From: an uncultured Alphaproteobacteria bacterium
Lineage (GTDB): Bacteria; Pseudomonadota; Alphaproteobacteria; HIMB59; GCA-002718135
Assembly: GCA_902612825.1 (NCBI GenBank)
Contig: CACMET010000002.1
Coordinates: forward strand, 3,542 to 67,541
Direction: 5' to 3'
Length of the DNA: 64,000 nucleotides
Under the pieces are notes generated by a model. The model worked only from the letters and a program-made list of their open reading frames with translations. It was not told where the DNA came from and searched no databases. The position numbers and the translations under genes were made by a program. Below are positions 48,698-57,327 of the stretch, one piece after another. Each line of letters begins with the position of its first letter. The stretch's first letter is position 1.

Positions 48698-49714
48698 CTA
48701 AATTGTCGTATCTGGAACCTTCACATCAATAAAATAATTTTTATCTTTAGATTGCTTAAATATTGCTGGGATTATTGATCTATAAGCAGAAATTATTCCG
48801 TTATGAGGTTCTGGCATTTGATTTTTAACTATTTTGTGAAATTTTTTTAAATTATGGCATGGGATTTTTGGGAAAATGTGGTGCTCAATATGATACTCCA
48901 TGTTTGAATACAAAAAACTAAAAAAAGGATTCATAATAACGGTTCTTGTACTTTTTCTATGATCTTTAATATTATCAGCTAGTCCAGCATGTTGAGTCAT
49001 GCCGCATATCATTAATATAGTATTACCATAAAATGGAGGTAAAATTATCATTATGATTGGTAGCCATGATTGTAACAAAACTGAACATAAAATTACGAGC
49101 AACCAAAAGCTTAAATATAATCTTGAGCTATTAATAATTTTTTTTATCTCCTTTTCAGGTACTGTAACTTTTACAACAGGAGTAATTACCCCAAATGAAT
49201 GTTTAATAATTTCAAAATGTGTAAAATGTCTTATTTTTTGAATATTAATTATTGGACCAAGAGGTAAAAAATTTAAAAGGAATCTTACAGGTTCTGTTGG
49301 TTTTGGGCTATTATTTTCATAATCATACACCTCTTCATGTGTAAATATAGTGTAAGTATGGTGATGAAAATGACTCCACTTCCATCTAACTGCTTCAAAA
49401 CCACCAAGTAAAGAAGTTATATGATAAAAAAATTTATTTAACGCTCTTGTTTTAAAATATGTTTCGTGATTTGTTTCATGTTGAATGCTTATGATCTTAC
49501 AATAGAAAATATTTCCATAAAGCAAAAGAGCAGGTATTGACCATAAAGTACCCCAACTTATAATACAAAGGTATCCACTTAATATTAGAGCAACAATAAA
49601 TATGGATACATCTGTTAAACCTTTTATATCCGATCTCTTAGAAAGCTCCTTTAAAGTTTTCTTATCTATGTTTGGTTTATACCAAGTTTTTAAATCAACT
49701 TCACCCGCAAACAT
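48698..49714 (-). CDS. Membrane FADS-like di-iron oxygenase, MocD-like (paralog B)
   Basis: 338 aa. His boxes HETNH, HFHHH, HIEHH. ~40% identical by eye to 52170..53156. Confidence 0.75.
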   Translation of the reverse strand: MFAGEVDLKTWYKPNIDKKTLKELSKRSDIKGLTDVSIFIVALILSGYLCIISWGTLWSIPALLLYGNIFYCKIISIQHETNHETYFKTRALNKFFYHITSLLGGFEAVRWKWSHFHHHTYTIFTHEEVYDYENNSPKPTEPVRFLLNFLPLGPIINIQKIRHFTHFEIIKHSFGVITPVVKVTVPEKEIKKIINSSRLYLSFWLLVILCSVLLQSWLPIIMIILPPFYGNTILMICGMTQHAGLADNIKDHRKSTRTVIMNPFFSFLYSNMEYHIEHHIFPKIPCHNLKKFHKIVKNQMPEPHNGIISAYRSIIPAIFKQSKDKNYFIDVKVPDTTI

Positions 49715-49717
49715 TAA

Positions 49718-50545
49718 TCAAAATTTTTCTGAAAGCTTTAAAAATTTTTCAAATTCACCTTCATCAATCTTAACTGTGATTTTAGGATCATTAAATTTTT
49801 GGTTTACTGTATCATCGTGAAACTCTTTGAATGCGCTAACTCTTTCAGCTTGTAACTTTGCAAATTCTTTTTTAAAATCTCTATAAATACGTGCATGTCT
49901 TGGAATTTTTCCCTGAGTATACCCGAGTACATCGTTAGCAAATAAATATTGCCCATCACATCCAGAACCACTTCCCATTGAAAGAGTCATGATATCAACT
50001 TTTTTTGTAACTACTTCGGCAACTTTTGGTGGAACTACTTCGAGTTCAACTCCGATAGCCCCCGCTTCTTGTAACTCAAGAGTGTGTTCTAAAATTCTAA
50101 TGGCTTTGTCAGCAGTTTTGCCTTGTGCAACAAATCCTCCAATCCAAGTAGCATTTCCTGGAACTAAGCCAACATGACTGTTAATTGGAACATATTCATC
50201 TCTTAATGCTCTGATCCATTTGTAACTCCAATTACCACCGTAAATTACATCTGCACCAATATCTAAATACTTATGTGATAGTTTCATTGCTTCATACTCA
50301 GAAGCTACTCTTACAGCGCCTCCAGATTGCATAAAGCAAGTTGGTGCAGCCTCTCGAATTCGCTTAAGTTCATCAAAAGAATTATAAATACCAAATTGTG
50401 GAGCATCATGAGAAGTACAAATCATGTCAATACCTGCCTCTTCAGCTGCTGCAGCTTCGTCAGCATTATGTACAAACATAACACTAAGTTGTCTTTTACC
50501 TTTACATTGCAAATAATCGTAGACTGTAAGTTTTTTTCTGCTCAT
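49718..50545 (-). CDS. Divergent PanB-fold (ketopantoate hydroxymethyltransferase-like) protein
   Basis: 275 aa. The C-terminal two thirds align with E. coli PanB (HVGLVPG...GGF.AQGK..., ELEVVP, SMGSGSGCDGQ). The N-terminal PanB motifs (VGDSLGM, ADLPF, VKIEGG) are not recognisable. Confidence 0.7.
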   Translation of the reverse strand: MSRKKLTVYDYLQCKGKRQLSVMFVHNADEAAAAEEAGIDMICTSHDAPQFGIYNSFDELKRIREAAPTCFMQSGGAVRVASEYEAMKLSHKYLDIGADVIYGGNWSYKWIRALRDEYVPINSHVGLVPGNATWIGGFVAQGKTADKAIRILEHTLELQEAGAIGVELEVVPPKVAEVVTKKVDIMTLSMGSGSGCDGQYLFANDVLGYTQGKIPRHARIYRDFKKEFAKLQAERVSAFKEFHDDTVNQKFNDPKITVKIDEGEFEKFLKLSEKF

Positions 50546-50564
50546 AAAATCTCCAAAAAAATAT

Positions 50565-50882
50565 TTAATCTATCTTAATGAAAATTTTGTCATTATCAAC
50601 TTTAACTGGGTATGTTTTTAAATCCTCACACGCTGGAGGGCTTAAGGCTTCTCCTGATTTAATGTTAAAAATTCCCTGGTGCATTGGACATTCAATTTCA
50701 TCATCCATAACCAAACCATCTTCAAGATGCACAGCCTCATGCGTACAAATTCCATCAGTAGCATAAAAACCATCTGTTAACCTATAAACACAAAAAGTTT
50801 TATCTTGATGGTCAAATCTGATAAGATCCTCTTCTTCAATACTGTCTATAGACCCTACTTCAATCCAATTTTCTTCAGACAT
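50565..50882 (-). CDS. Rieske-type [2Fe-2S] ferredoxin
   Basis: ~105 aa from ATG 50882 (the track's TTG 50921 is less likely). CTH-x16-CPMH Rieske ligands. Size and pattern match BphF/MocE-type soluble ferredoxins. Confidence 0.85.
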   Translation of the reverse strand: MSEENWIEVGSIDSIEEEDLIRFDHQDKTFCVYRLTDGFYATDGICTHEAVHLEDGLVMDDEIECPMHQGIFNIKSGEALSPPACEDLKTYPVKVDNDKIFIKID

Positions 50883-50934
50883 AGAGCTTATATAATATCT
50901 ATTTTCTGAAAATAAATACAAAATAATTAAATTA

Positions 50935-52164
50935 TTATTTTTGTATAAGTTTATTTAATTTTTGATTTTGGTCTAAGAGAATTTGTTTATCTATAATGGT
51001 ATTTTTCTCAGTTAATTTAGAAGTGATTCGAATGTCACGCCCAACTTTTCCTACAATTCCTACACCACATGCTCCTCTTATTTTTTTATTTTTTAGAAAA
51101 AAATAAATTACACCATTATTAATATCATTACCTCTTTCAATAATTTCATCATAATCATCACAAATACCAGTCAGTTGAAGATTCAAATTAAATTGATCAG
51201 ACCACATCCAGGGAATTGAATTGTATTCTGTTTTTACTCCAGCAATATTTTTTCCAGCACATATTCCATGATTTTGTGCATGTTGATAAGACTCTAGTCG
51301 CATATTTCTTTCATAAAATGGATGATAAAAATTACATACATCACCTGCTGCATAAACATCTTTGATAGAGGTTTCACAAAATTGATTTGTTACGATGCCA
51401 TTATCAAGTTTTAAATTTGTGTTTTCAAATAACTTTACTGACGGAGTTGATCCTATACCCGCAATTATAAAATCTGTTTGTATTAATGAATTATCACTAA
51501 GTAAGATTTCATAAATGCCATTTTTTTTGGTTATTTTATCTATCTGTTTATTTAATATTATTTTATTTCCATTTTCTAAATGAGTTTTTTGAACTAGATC
51601 AGCAATTTGTTTGGGTATAATTCTTCCCATAAGTTGATTACCGATTTCTATAACAGTTACTTTCTTTTGAAGCTGAGATAAAGATGAAGCAATTTCTAAG
51701 CCAATGAAACCGCCGCCAATAATAGTTATTTTATTTTTATCTGAAACTTTTTCCTTAATTATTTTGGCTTCTTCTAAATTTCTTAGATAATAAACATCAT
51801 CGTTTAAATTATTATTTAGGCTAAGTCTTTTATTATCGGAACCTGTAGAAATCAGTAAAGTATCATAAGTGTAAACATCTTCATTTTTTGAGAAAAGTTT
51901 TTTATGTTCAAAGTCAACTTTATTAATTAATATATTTTCAAAATCTATATTTTCATTTTTTAGTATGTCGCTAGAATGAAAATAAAGATCTTCTTCATTT
52001 TTTTTATCTAACAAAAAATCTTTAGATAATGGAGGCCTTTCGTATGGTAATAAATTTTCTTCACCTAATATTTTAATATTTGATTCTGTATCATTTTGTC
52101 TAATCTCTCTAGCAGCATAGATTCCAGCTTGACCACCGCCTAAAATTATAATGTTATTTTTCAC
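50935..52164 (-). CDS. FAD-dependent NAD(P)H:ferredoxin reductase (pyridine nucleotide-disulfide oxidoreductase family)
   Basis: 409 aa. ILGGGQAG FAD motif, IIGGGFIGLE NAD motif and AAGDV motif. BphG/MocF/CamA-like. Confidence 0.85.
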   Translation of the reverse strand: MKNNIIILGGGQAGIYAAREIRQNDTESNIKILGEENLLPYERPPLSKDFLLDKKNEEDLYFHSSDILKNENIDFENILINKVDFEHKKLFSKNEDVYTYDTLLISTGSDNKRLSLNNNLNDDVYYLRNLEEAKIIKEKVSDKNKITIIGGGFIGLEIASSLSQLQKKVTVIEIGNQLMGRIIPKQIADLVQKTHLENGNKIILNKQIDKITKKNGIYEILLSDNSLIQTDFIIAGIGSTPSVKLFENTNLKLDNGIVTNQFCETSIKDVYAAGDVCNFYHPFYERNMRLESYQHAQNHGICAGKNIAGVKTEYNSIPWMWSDQFNLNLQLTGICDDYDEIIERGNDINNGVIYFFLKNKKIRGACGVGIVGKVGRDIRITSKLTEKNTIIDKQILLDQNQKLNKLIQK

Positions 52165-52169
52165 TTAGC

Positions 52170-53156
52170 TTAAGCGTTACTTGGAACAGATAATGGAATT
52201 TGATAGTCTGGATTTTTTGCTTGTTTTATAAGTGCTGGAACAATTTCTTTATAGGCGCCTACAAGACCTTTTCTAGCAGGCGGTAATTGATCTTTAATCA
52301 TAGCATGTAGTTTAGGTAAATTATGCGAGGGAACTTGAGGGAACATATGGTGCTCAACATGATATTCCATATGCCAATATAAAAAACTTAATACTGGATT
52401 TAAATATACTGTTCTGGTTGTATACCTGTGATCTCTTTTATCTTCTCTAAGTCCGGCGTGCTGAGTAAGACCCATTAGCATAACAAGCGTCTTTCCATAA
52501 AAATTAGGTAATAAAACATATAGAACTGGAAGCCAGCTTTGAAAGTATACTGAAGAAGCAATACTTATGATCCAAATAGAGAGATGACTCCAAGCGGATA
52601 ATCTACATTTCCATCTTTCATTTTCCGGAATACAAACTTTCATTACATCTGTTGTCACACCAAACGCATGTTTTATAGTTTCCCATTGAAGAGAATTTTT
52701 AAAAAAAACAAAACCAGAGAATGGAATGTAGTGAGAGAAAAACACAATTAAATCAGTTGGTTTTTTTACATGTATTTCAAAATCCACAGGATCATTGAAT
52801 TGGGTATAAGTATGATGATGATAATGAGAATATCTCCATCTTATAGGCTCGAAATTATCCATGAAACTTGCAATGTAATAAAAGAAATCATTCCAGAATT
52901 TAGATTTAAAAGCTGTTCTGTGACCAGTTTCATGCCAAATAGCATCACTACATCCCCAAATATTTCCGTATATTAGAAAAAATAATAAAGACCACCAAGT
53001 GCCCCATGTGACATATGCAAGATACCCAAAAAGAAATAGAGATGAAAAATAAATAATCATATGCTTAAAACCCTGCCAATCAGATTTCTTGCATAACTTC
53101 TTAAATACTTTTTTATCTATATTTGCTCGATACCATTTACCTAAATCTACTTCCAT
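52170..53156 (-). CDS. Membrane FADS-like di-iron oxygenase, MocD-like (paralog A)
   Basis: 328 aa. His boxes HETGH, HYHHH, HVEHH. First gene of the operon. Confidence 0.75.
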   Translation of the reverse strand: MEVDLGKWYRANIDKKVFKKLCKKSDWQGFKHMIIYFSSLFLFGYLAYVTWGTWWSLLFFLIYGNIWGCSDAIWHETGHRTAFKSKFWNDFFYYIASFMDNFEPIRWRYSHYHHHTYTQFNDPVDFEIHVKKPTDLIVFFSHYIPFSGFVFFKNSLQWETIKHAFGVTTDVMKVCIPENERWKCRLSAWSHLSIWIISIASSVYFQSWLPVLYVLLPNFYGKTLVMLMGLTQHAGLREDKRDHRYTTRTVYLNPVLSFLYWHMEYHVEHHMFPQVPSHNLPKLHAMIKDQLPPARKGLVGAYKEIVPALIKQAKNPDYQIPLSVPSNA

Positions 53157-53291
53157 AATTAAAAAATAACACTTTTTAATAACCTTATAAATATAAAAAT
53201 TGCTATAAATTAGTAATTAAGTGCGACTATTTTATCTAGCTAACGTAACTCGAATTTAATTTGTAATAAATCCTTTAATACTTTAATTTAA

Positions 53292-53319
53292 TTGTAATAT
53301 TGATTTATTTACTTATAAA
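53292..53319 (+). promoter_or_regulatory. Possible sigma70-type promoter of the ABC importer operon
   Basis: TTGTAA-16 nt-TATAAA, ~28 nt upstream of the ATG. Such matches are frequent in AT-rich DNA. Confidence 0.25.
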
Positions 53320-53346
53320 TTGAGTCATAAATTATTTGGAGGAATT

Positions 53347-54327
53347 ATGAAAAAAATCTTTGCAATCATTGCTCTATTTTTTGCTTTTGCATCTACTTCA
53401 GCAGTAGCAAAAAATGATTATAGCTGTGATAAGAAATTTATATTTTTCCCAGGCGGACCTGAAGGTGGTCCATTTGGAACTATTGTTTATAATGGTGCAG
53501 TAGCTGCTGCTGAACATACTGGTTGTGACGTAGACTATTACTGGTCACAATGGAATTCAGAAATCATGATTAAACAATTCAAAGAAGCTGTTGCTTTACA
53601 GCCTGATGGAATTGCAATCTATGGTTTCCCAGGTGATGCTGCAATGAGACCAATCATTCAAGAAGCTAGAGAAATGGGAATAGTTATTACTACTATGAAC
53701 ACACCTCTTCCTGACCTTGAGTCAGAATATAAAACTGAAGGATTTGGTTATGCAGGTGCAGATTTATTTGATGCTGGATTTAATCTAGGTAAAAAAGCTG
53801 TTGAAGTTTGTGGTCTACAAGCTGGAGATAAAGCTTTTATCTGGGGTCTTGCAAGTATGCCAAATAGAGGAGAAAGAACTAAAGGCGCAATAGCTGGTGT
53901 TGAAGCTGCAGGTGTTGAAGTTGTTTATCAAGAAATTCCTGATAACGTTAACTCAGATGCATCACAGGGAACTCCTATGTACGTAGCTACTTACAGTGCA
54001 AATCCTGATATCAAATTAGCAATTACTGATCATGGTGGGTTAACTGCAAGTTTACCAACATATATGAAAGCTGCAGGTCACGGTACTGAAGAAGTATGTG
54101 GTGCTGGATTTGATTTATCAGCTCCTATTGTTGATGGAATTAATTCTGGTTACATTGATGTTGTAATTGATCAACAACCATTTATCCAAGGGTATATGCC
54201 AATTGTTCAGTTATTCCTAAGTACAAAATATGGAATGGCTGGATTAGCTATGGATACTGGTGCTGCATTTGTTACAGCTGATAACGTAGATGCTGTTGCT
54301 CCATTGGCAGCAGTACAAATTAGATAA
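53347..54327 (+). CDS. Sugar/cyclitol-type periplasmic binding protein (RbsB/MocB-like) of ABC importer
   Basis: Track start is TTG 53320. ATG 53347 is preferred because it is preceded by GGAGG. Has a signal peptide (ALFFAFASTSAVA) and type-I PBP pattern. Confidence 0.85.
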   Translation: MKKIFAIIALFFAFASTSAVAKNDYSCDKKFIFFPGGPEGGPFGTIVYNGAVAAAEHTGCDVDYYWSQWNSEIMIKQFKEAVALQPDGIAIYGFPGDAAMRPIIQEAREMGIVITTMNTPLPDLESEYKTEGFGYAGADLFDAGFNLGKKAVEVCGLQAGDKAFIWGLASMPNRGERTKGAIAGVEAAGVEVVYQEIPDNVNSDASQGTPMYVATYSANPDIKLAITDHGGLTASLPTYMKAAGHGTEEVCGAGFDLSAPIVDGINSGYIDVVIDQQPFIQGYMPIVQLFLSTKYGMAGLAMDTGAAFVTADNVDAVAPLAAVQIR

Positions 54328-54339
54328 ATTAAATATTAT

Positions 54340-54374
54340 AACCTGCCTTACTTTATAAGGCAGGTTTATTTTTT
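54340..54374 (+). terminator. Intercistronic terminator/attenuator hairpin between the binding-protein and ATPase genes
   Basis: 11-bp stem AACCTGCCTTA / TAAGGCAGGTT, 5-nt loop, then TATTTTTT running directly into the ATPase ATG. Confidence 0.6.
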
Positions 54375-55142
54375 ATGGCTGAAGAACTTTTAAAATTACA
54401 AAATATTTATAAAAACTTTGGAAACGTAAAAGTTTTAAAAGATGTAAATATCAAAATAAATAAAGGCGAAGTAGTAGCTTTAATTGGTGATAATGGTGCT
54501 GGTAAATCAACACTTATAAAAGTTATAACTGGAGTTCATAGTCCAAACTCAGGAAAAGTATTTTTTAAAGAAGAAGAAGTACAAATTAAATCAGTTGCTC
54601 AATCAAGAAAAATGGGGATTGAAGCTGTATATCAAGAAAGAGCACTTTGTGATCAACAAGAATTGTTTAGAAATATTTTTGCAGGAAGAGAAATTACAAA
54701 CTCTTTTGGTTTTTTAGATATCAAAAAACAAAGAAAAGAAGCAGAAAAAATTTTACGGGATTATATAGGATTTACCTCTAAAGCTATAACTGTTGACTCT
54801 CCAGTAATGGGTCTATCGGGCGGAGAAAAACAAGGTGTTGCTTTTGGAAGATCCTTATACTTTAATTCTGATTTGATTGTGTTAGACGAACCTACTATGG
54901 GTTTATCAATTCAAGAAACAGAAAAAGTGCTTAACTTTGTAAAGGGTTTAAAAAATGAAAATAAATCAGCTATTTTTATCGATCATAATATAATACACGT
55001 TTACGGTGCTGCAGATAGATTTATCATTTTAGATAGAGGAGAAGTTGTAGGAGAGTTTAACAAAGAAGATATTTCAAGGGAAGAGCTTGTTCAAAAAATG
55101 ATCCAACTTCATGAATCAGGAAAAATTAAGGTAGAAGATTAA
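54375..55142 (+). CDS. ABC transporter ATP-binding protein (single ABC domain)
   Basis: 255 aa. Walker A GDNGAGKST, signature LSGGEKQG, Walker B LIVLDEPT. Confidence 0.85.
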   Translation: MAEELLKLQNIYKNFGNVKVLKDVNIKINKGEVVALIGDNGAGKSTLIKVITGVHSPNSGKVFFKEEEVQIKSVAQSRKMGIEAVYQERALCDQQELFRNIFAGREITNSFGFLDIKKQRKEAEKILRDYIGFTSKAITVDSPVMGLSGGEKQGVAFGRSLYFNSDLIVLDEPTMGLSIQETEKVLNFVKGLKNENKSAIFIDHNIIHVYGAADRFIILDRGEVVGEFNKEDISREELVQKMIQLHESGKIKVED

Positions 55143-56120
55143 ATGAGTAGTTTATTAAATAGTTATTTTGTAAAAACACACAAACTTGAAATCAGTATTA
55201 CAATAATTGCCATAGTGCTTTTCTTAATTTACTTCTTAGGTGCACCTCATGTATTTACAAGATTTCCAATTTACAGAGCTTTCATGCAATCAATGCCTTT
55301 TTTTGGTATTATTGCTATATCAGCAACGTTTGTCGTTACACTTGGTGAAATTGATTTATCATTTCCATCTATAGTTGGAATTACTTCTCTCATATTTGGA
55401 ATTATAATGACATCAACTGATGGTAATTTTTTTATAGCATTTATATTAGCCACTTCACTTGGAATGTTTGCTGGATTAGTAAATGGCTTACTTGTTACTA
55501 AAATTGGTATACCCTCAATTGTTGCCACTATAGGAACATTATTTTTTTGGCGTGGATTAGTTAATGTAATTTCCCAAGGTAGTGGTATTGCAATCGTCGA
55601 TGTGGCAGATGGAACCTGGCATCATATGATATTTGTTGAAAAATTATTTGGAAAAATTCCAATGCAATTTATTTGGTTCATTGTTTTAACTGGATTAATG
55701 CAATGGGTTTATCGATACCATAAATTTGGAAATCACATTCACTTTGTAGGTGACAATAAGGCCAGTGCTCAAATGATGGGAATTAATGTTGATAATGTAA
55801 AAATTATTGCTTTTGTTCAACTGGGATTTTTCTCTGCTTTAGCAGGAATTTTTACAATGTATGAAATGTTGTATTTCTGGCCTACACAAGGTGAGGGCTT
55901 AATGTTAACAACACTAGCAGCTGTTTTTGTTGGTGGTACTTCAGTCTTTGGTGGTAAAGGTACTATTTTTGGAACTTTTATAGGAGTATTAATTATTGGA
56001 TCATTAGAATCAGGAATAGTTGCTTTAGGCTTATCTGGCTTTTATGTAAAATTTATTAACGGACTCATGATAACAGTAGCCGTAACAGTCTACGCCCTGA
56101 TACAAAGAAGAAAAAATTAA
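55143..56120 (+). CDS. ABC transporter permease (RbsC/BPD_transp_2-like)
   Basis: 325 aa with ~9-10 hydrophobic helices. Start abuts the ATPase stop. Confidence 0.85.
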   Translation: MSSLLNSYFVKTHKLEISITIIAIVLFLIYFLGAPHVFTRFPIYRAFMQSMPFFGIIAISATFVVTLGEIDLSFPSIVGITSLIFGIIMTSTDGNFFIAFILATSLGMFAGLVNGLLVTKIGIPSIVATIGTLFFWRGLVNVISQGSGIAIVDVADGTWHHMIFVEKLFGKIPMQFIWFIVLTGLMQWVYRYHKFGNHIHFVGDNKASAQMMGINVDNVKIIAFVQLGFFSALAGIFTMYEMLYFWPTQGEGLMLTTLAAVFVGGTSVFGGKGTIFGTFIGVLIIGSLESGIVALGLSGFYVKFINGLMITVAVTVYALIQRRKN

Positions 56121-56854
56121 TAAGTAGCTCGACCACCACTCAAATCAAAAGTTGATCCTGTGGTATAAGAATTTTCTTCAGAAGACATCCAAGCAACTAA
56201 AGAAGCTAATTCTTCTACTAACACAAATCTATTTCTTGGAATTTTTGATAACATATAATCAATATGTTCTTGTGTAATTTGATCAAAAATACGCGTCTTA
56301 GCAGGTGCAGGGGTAACACAATTCACTGAAATGTTATTTTCTGCTAATTCTTTTCCTAAAGATTTAGTAAGTGCAATGACTCCAGCTTTTGCTGCACTAT
56401 AAGGCATTGCATTAGGATTACCCTCCTTACCAGCTATCGAGGAAATATTAACGATACGTCCATAATTATTTTTGATAAAATGAGGAACTATAGTTTTACA
56501 GCAATAGAATACTCCAGTTAGATCTATATCTATAACTTTTTGCCATTCCTCAAGTGGATAATCCCATGTATTAAAATTTGGTCCAGCTATTCCTGCATTA
56601 TTTATTAAAATATCAATTTTGTTTTCATATGTAAGACTTTCAGCAAATGCATTCTCTACACTTTTATAATTTGAAACATCAACTTCAATTTTTTGAGTAT
56701 TTTTTAGATCAACTTTATTTAAATATTCTGTGTCTTTATCCCATATTAGTACTCTTGCACCTGACTCTATAAATCTTTTTGTAATTGCTAACCCAAAGCC
56801 TTGTGCTCCACCCGTTACAATTGCTACTCTATTTTCTAAATTAATTTTATTCAT
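56117..56854 (-). CDS. Short-chain dehydrogenase/reductase (FabG-like)
   Basis: 245 aa. TGGAQGFG and YSAAKAG motifs. Confidence 0.8.
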   Translation of the reverse strand: MNKINLENRVAIVTGGAQGFGLAITKRFIESGARVLIWDKDTEYLNKVDLKNTQKIEVDVSNYKSVENAFAESLTYENKIDILINNAGIAGPNFNTWDYPLEEWQKVIDIDLTGVFYCCKTIVPHFIKNNYGRIVNISSIAGKEGNPNAMPYSAAKAGVIALTKSLGKELAENNISVNCVTPAPAKTRIFDQITQEHIDYMLSKIPRNRFVLVEELASLVAWMSSEENSYTTGSTFDLSGGRATY

Positions 56855-57327
56855 TGGATTTGTTCTAAAATATATTCAGCTGAACTAACATGGTATTCAC
56901 CATCATTTTCAATAAACTTGTTTATAATCATATTATTCTCAATGATCATGGCAAACCTTCGACACCTAAAACCCATATAATTTTTTGTCTTATCAGATAG
57001 CAAGTCAAAATATTTTGTAATCTCAGCATTTCCATCTGCAATTCCATTGATTATTTCTCCGTTTGTATAACTCAATAACCAAGATTTCATCACATGCTCA
57101 TCATTTACAGATAGACAGTAAATGCCATCAATTTTTTTATTTATAAATGAATTATATAATTTTATATAACCTGGGAGATGTTTCTCAGAACAAGTTGGCG
57201 TAAATGCCCCAGGCACACCAAATAAGATAATTTTTTTATTTATAAATTCATTTTTTAATGAAGATACTGATGAAACACCTTTTTTAATAATAGGCACTTT
57301 AAAATCATCAATATTCATGTTTATCAT
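56851..57327 (-). CDS. Prx5-type peroxiredoxin
   Basis: 158 aa. GVPGAFTPTCS peroxidatic-Cys motif. No signal peptide. Confidence 0.85.
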   Translation of the reverse strand: MINMNIDDFKVPIIKKGVSSVSSLKNEFINKKIILFGVPGAFTPTCSEKHLPGYIKLYNSFINKKIDGIYCLSVNDEHVMKSWLLSYTNGEIINGIADGNAEITKYFDLLSDKTKNYMGFRCRRFAMIIENNMIINKFIENDGEYHVSSAEYILEQIQ

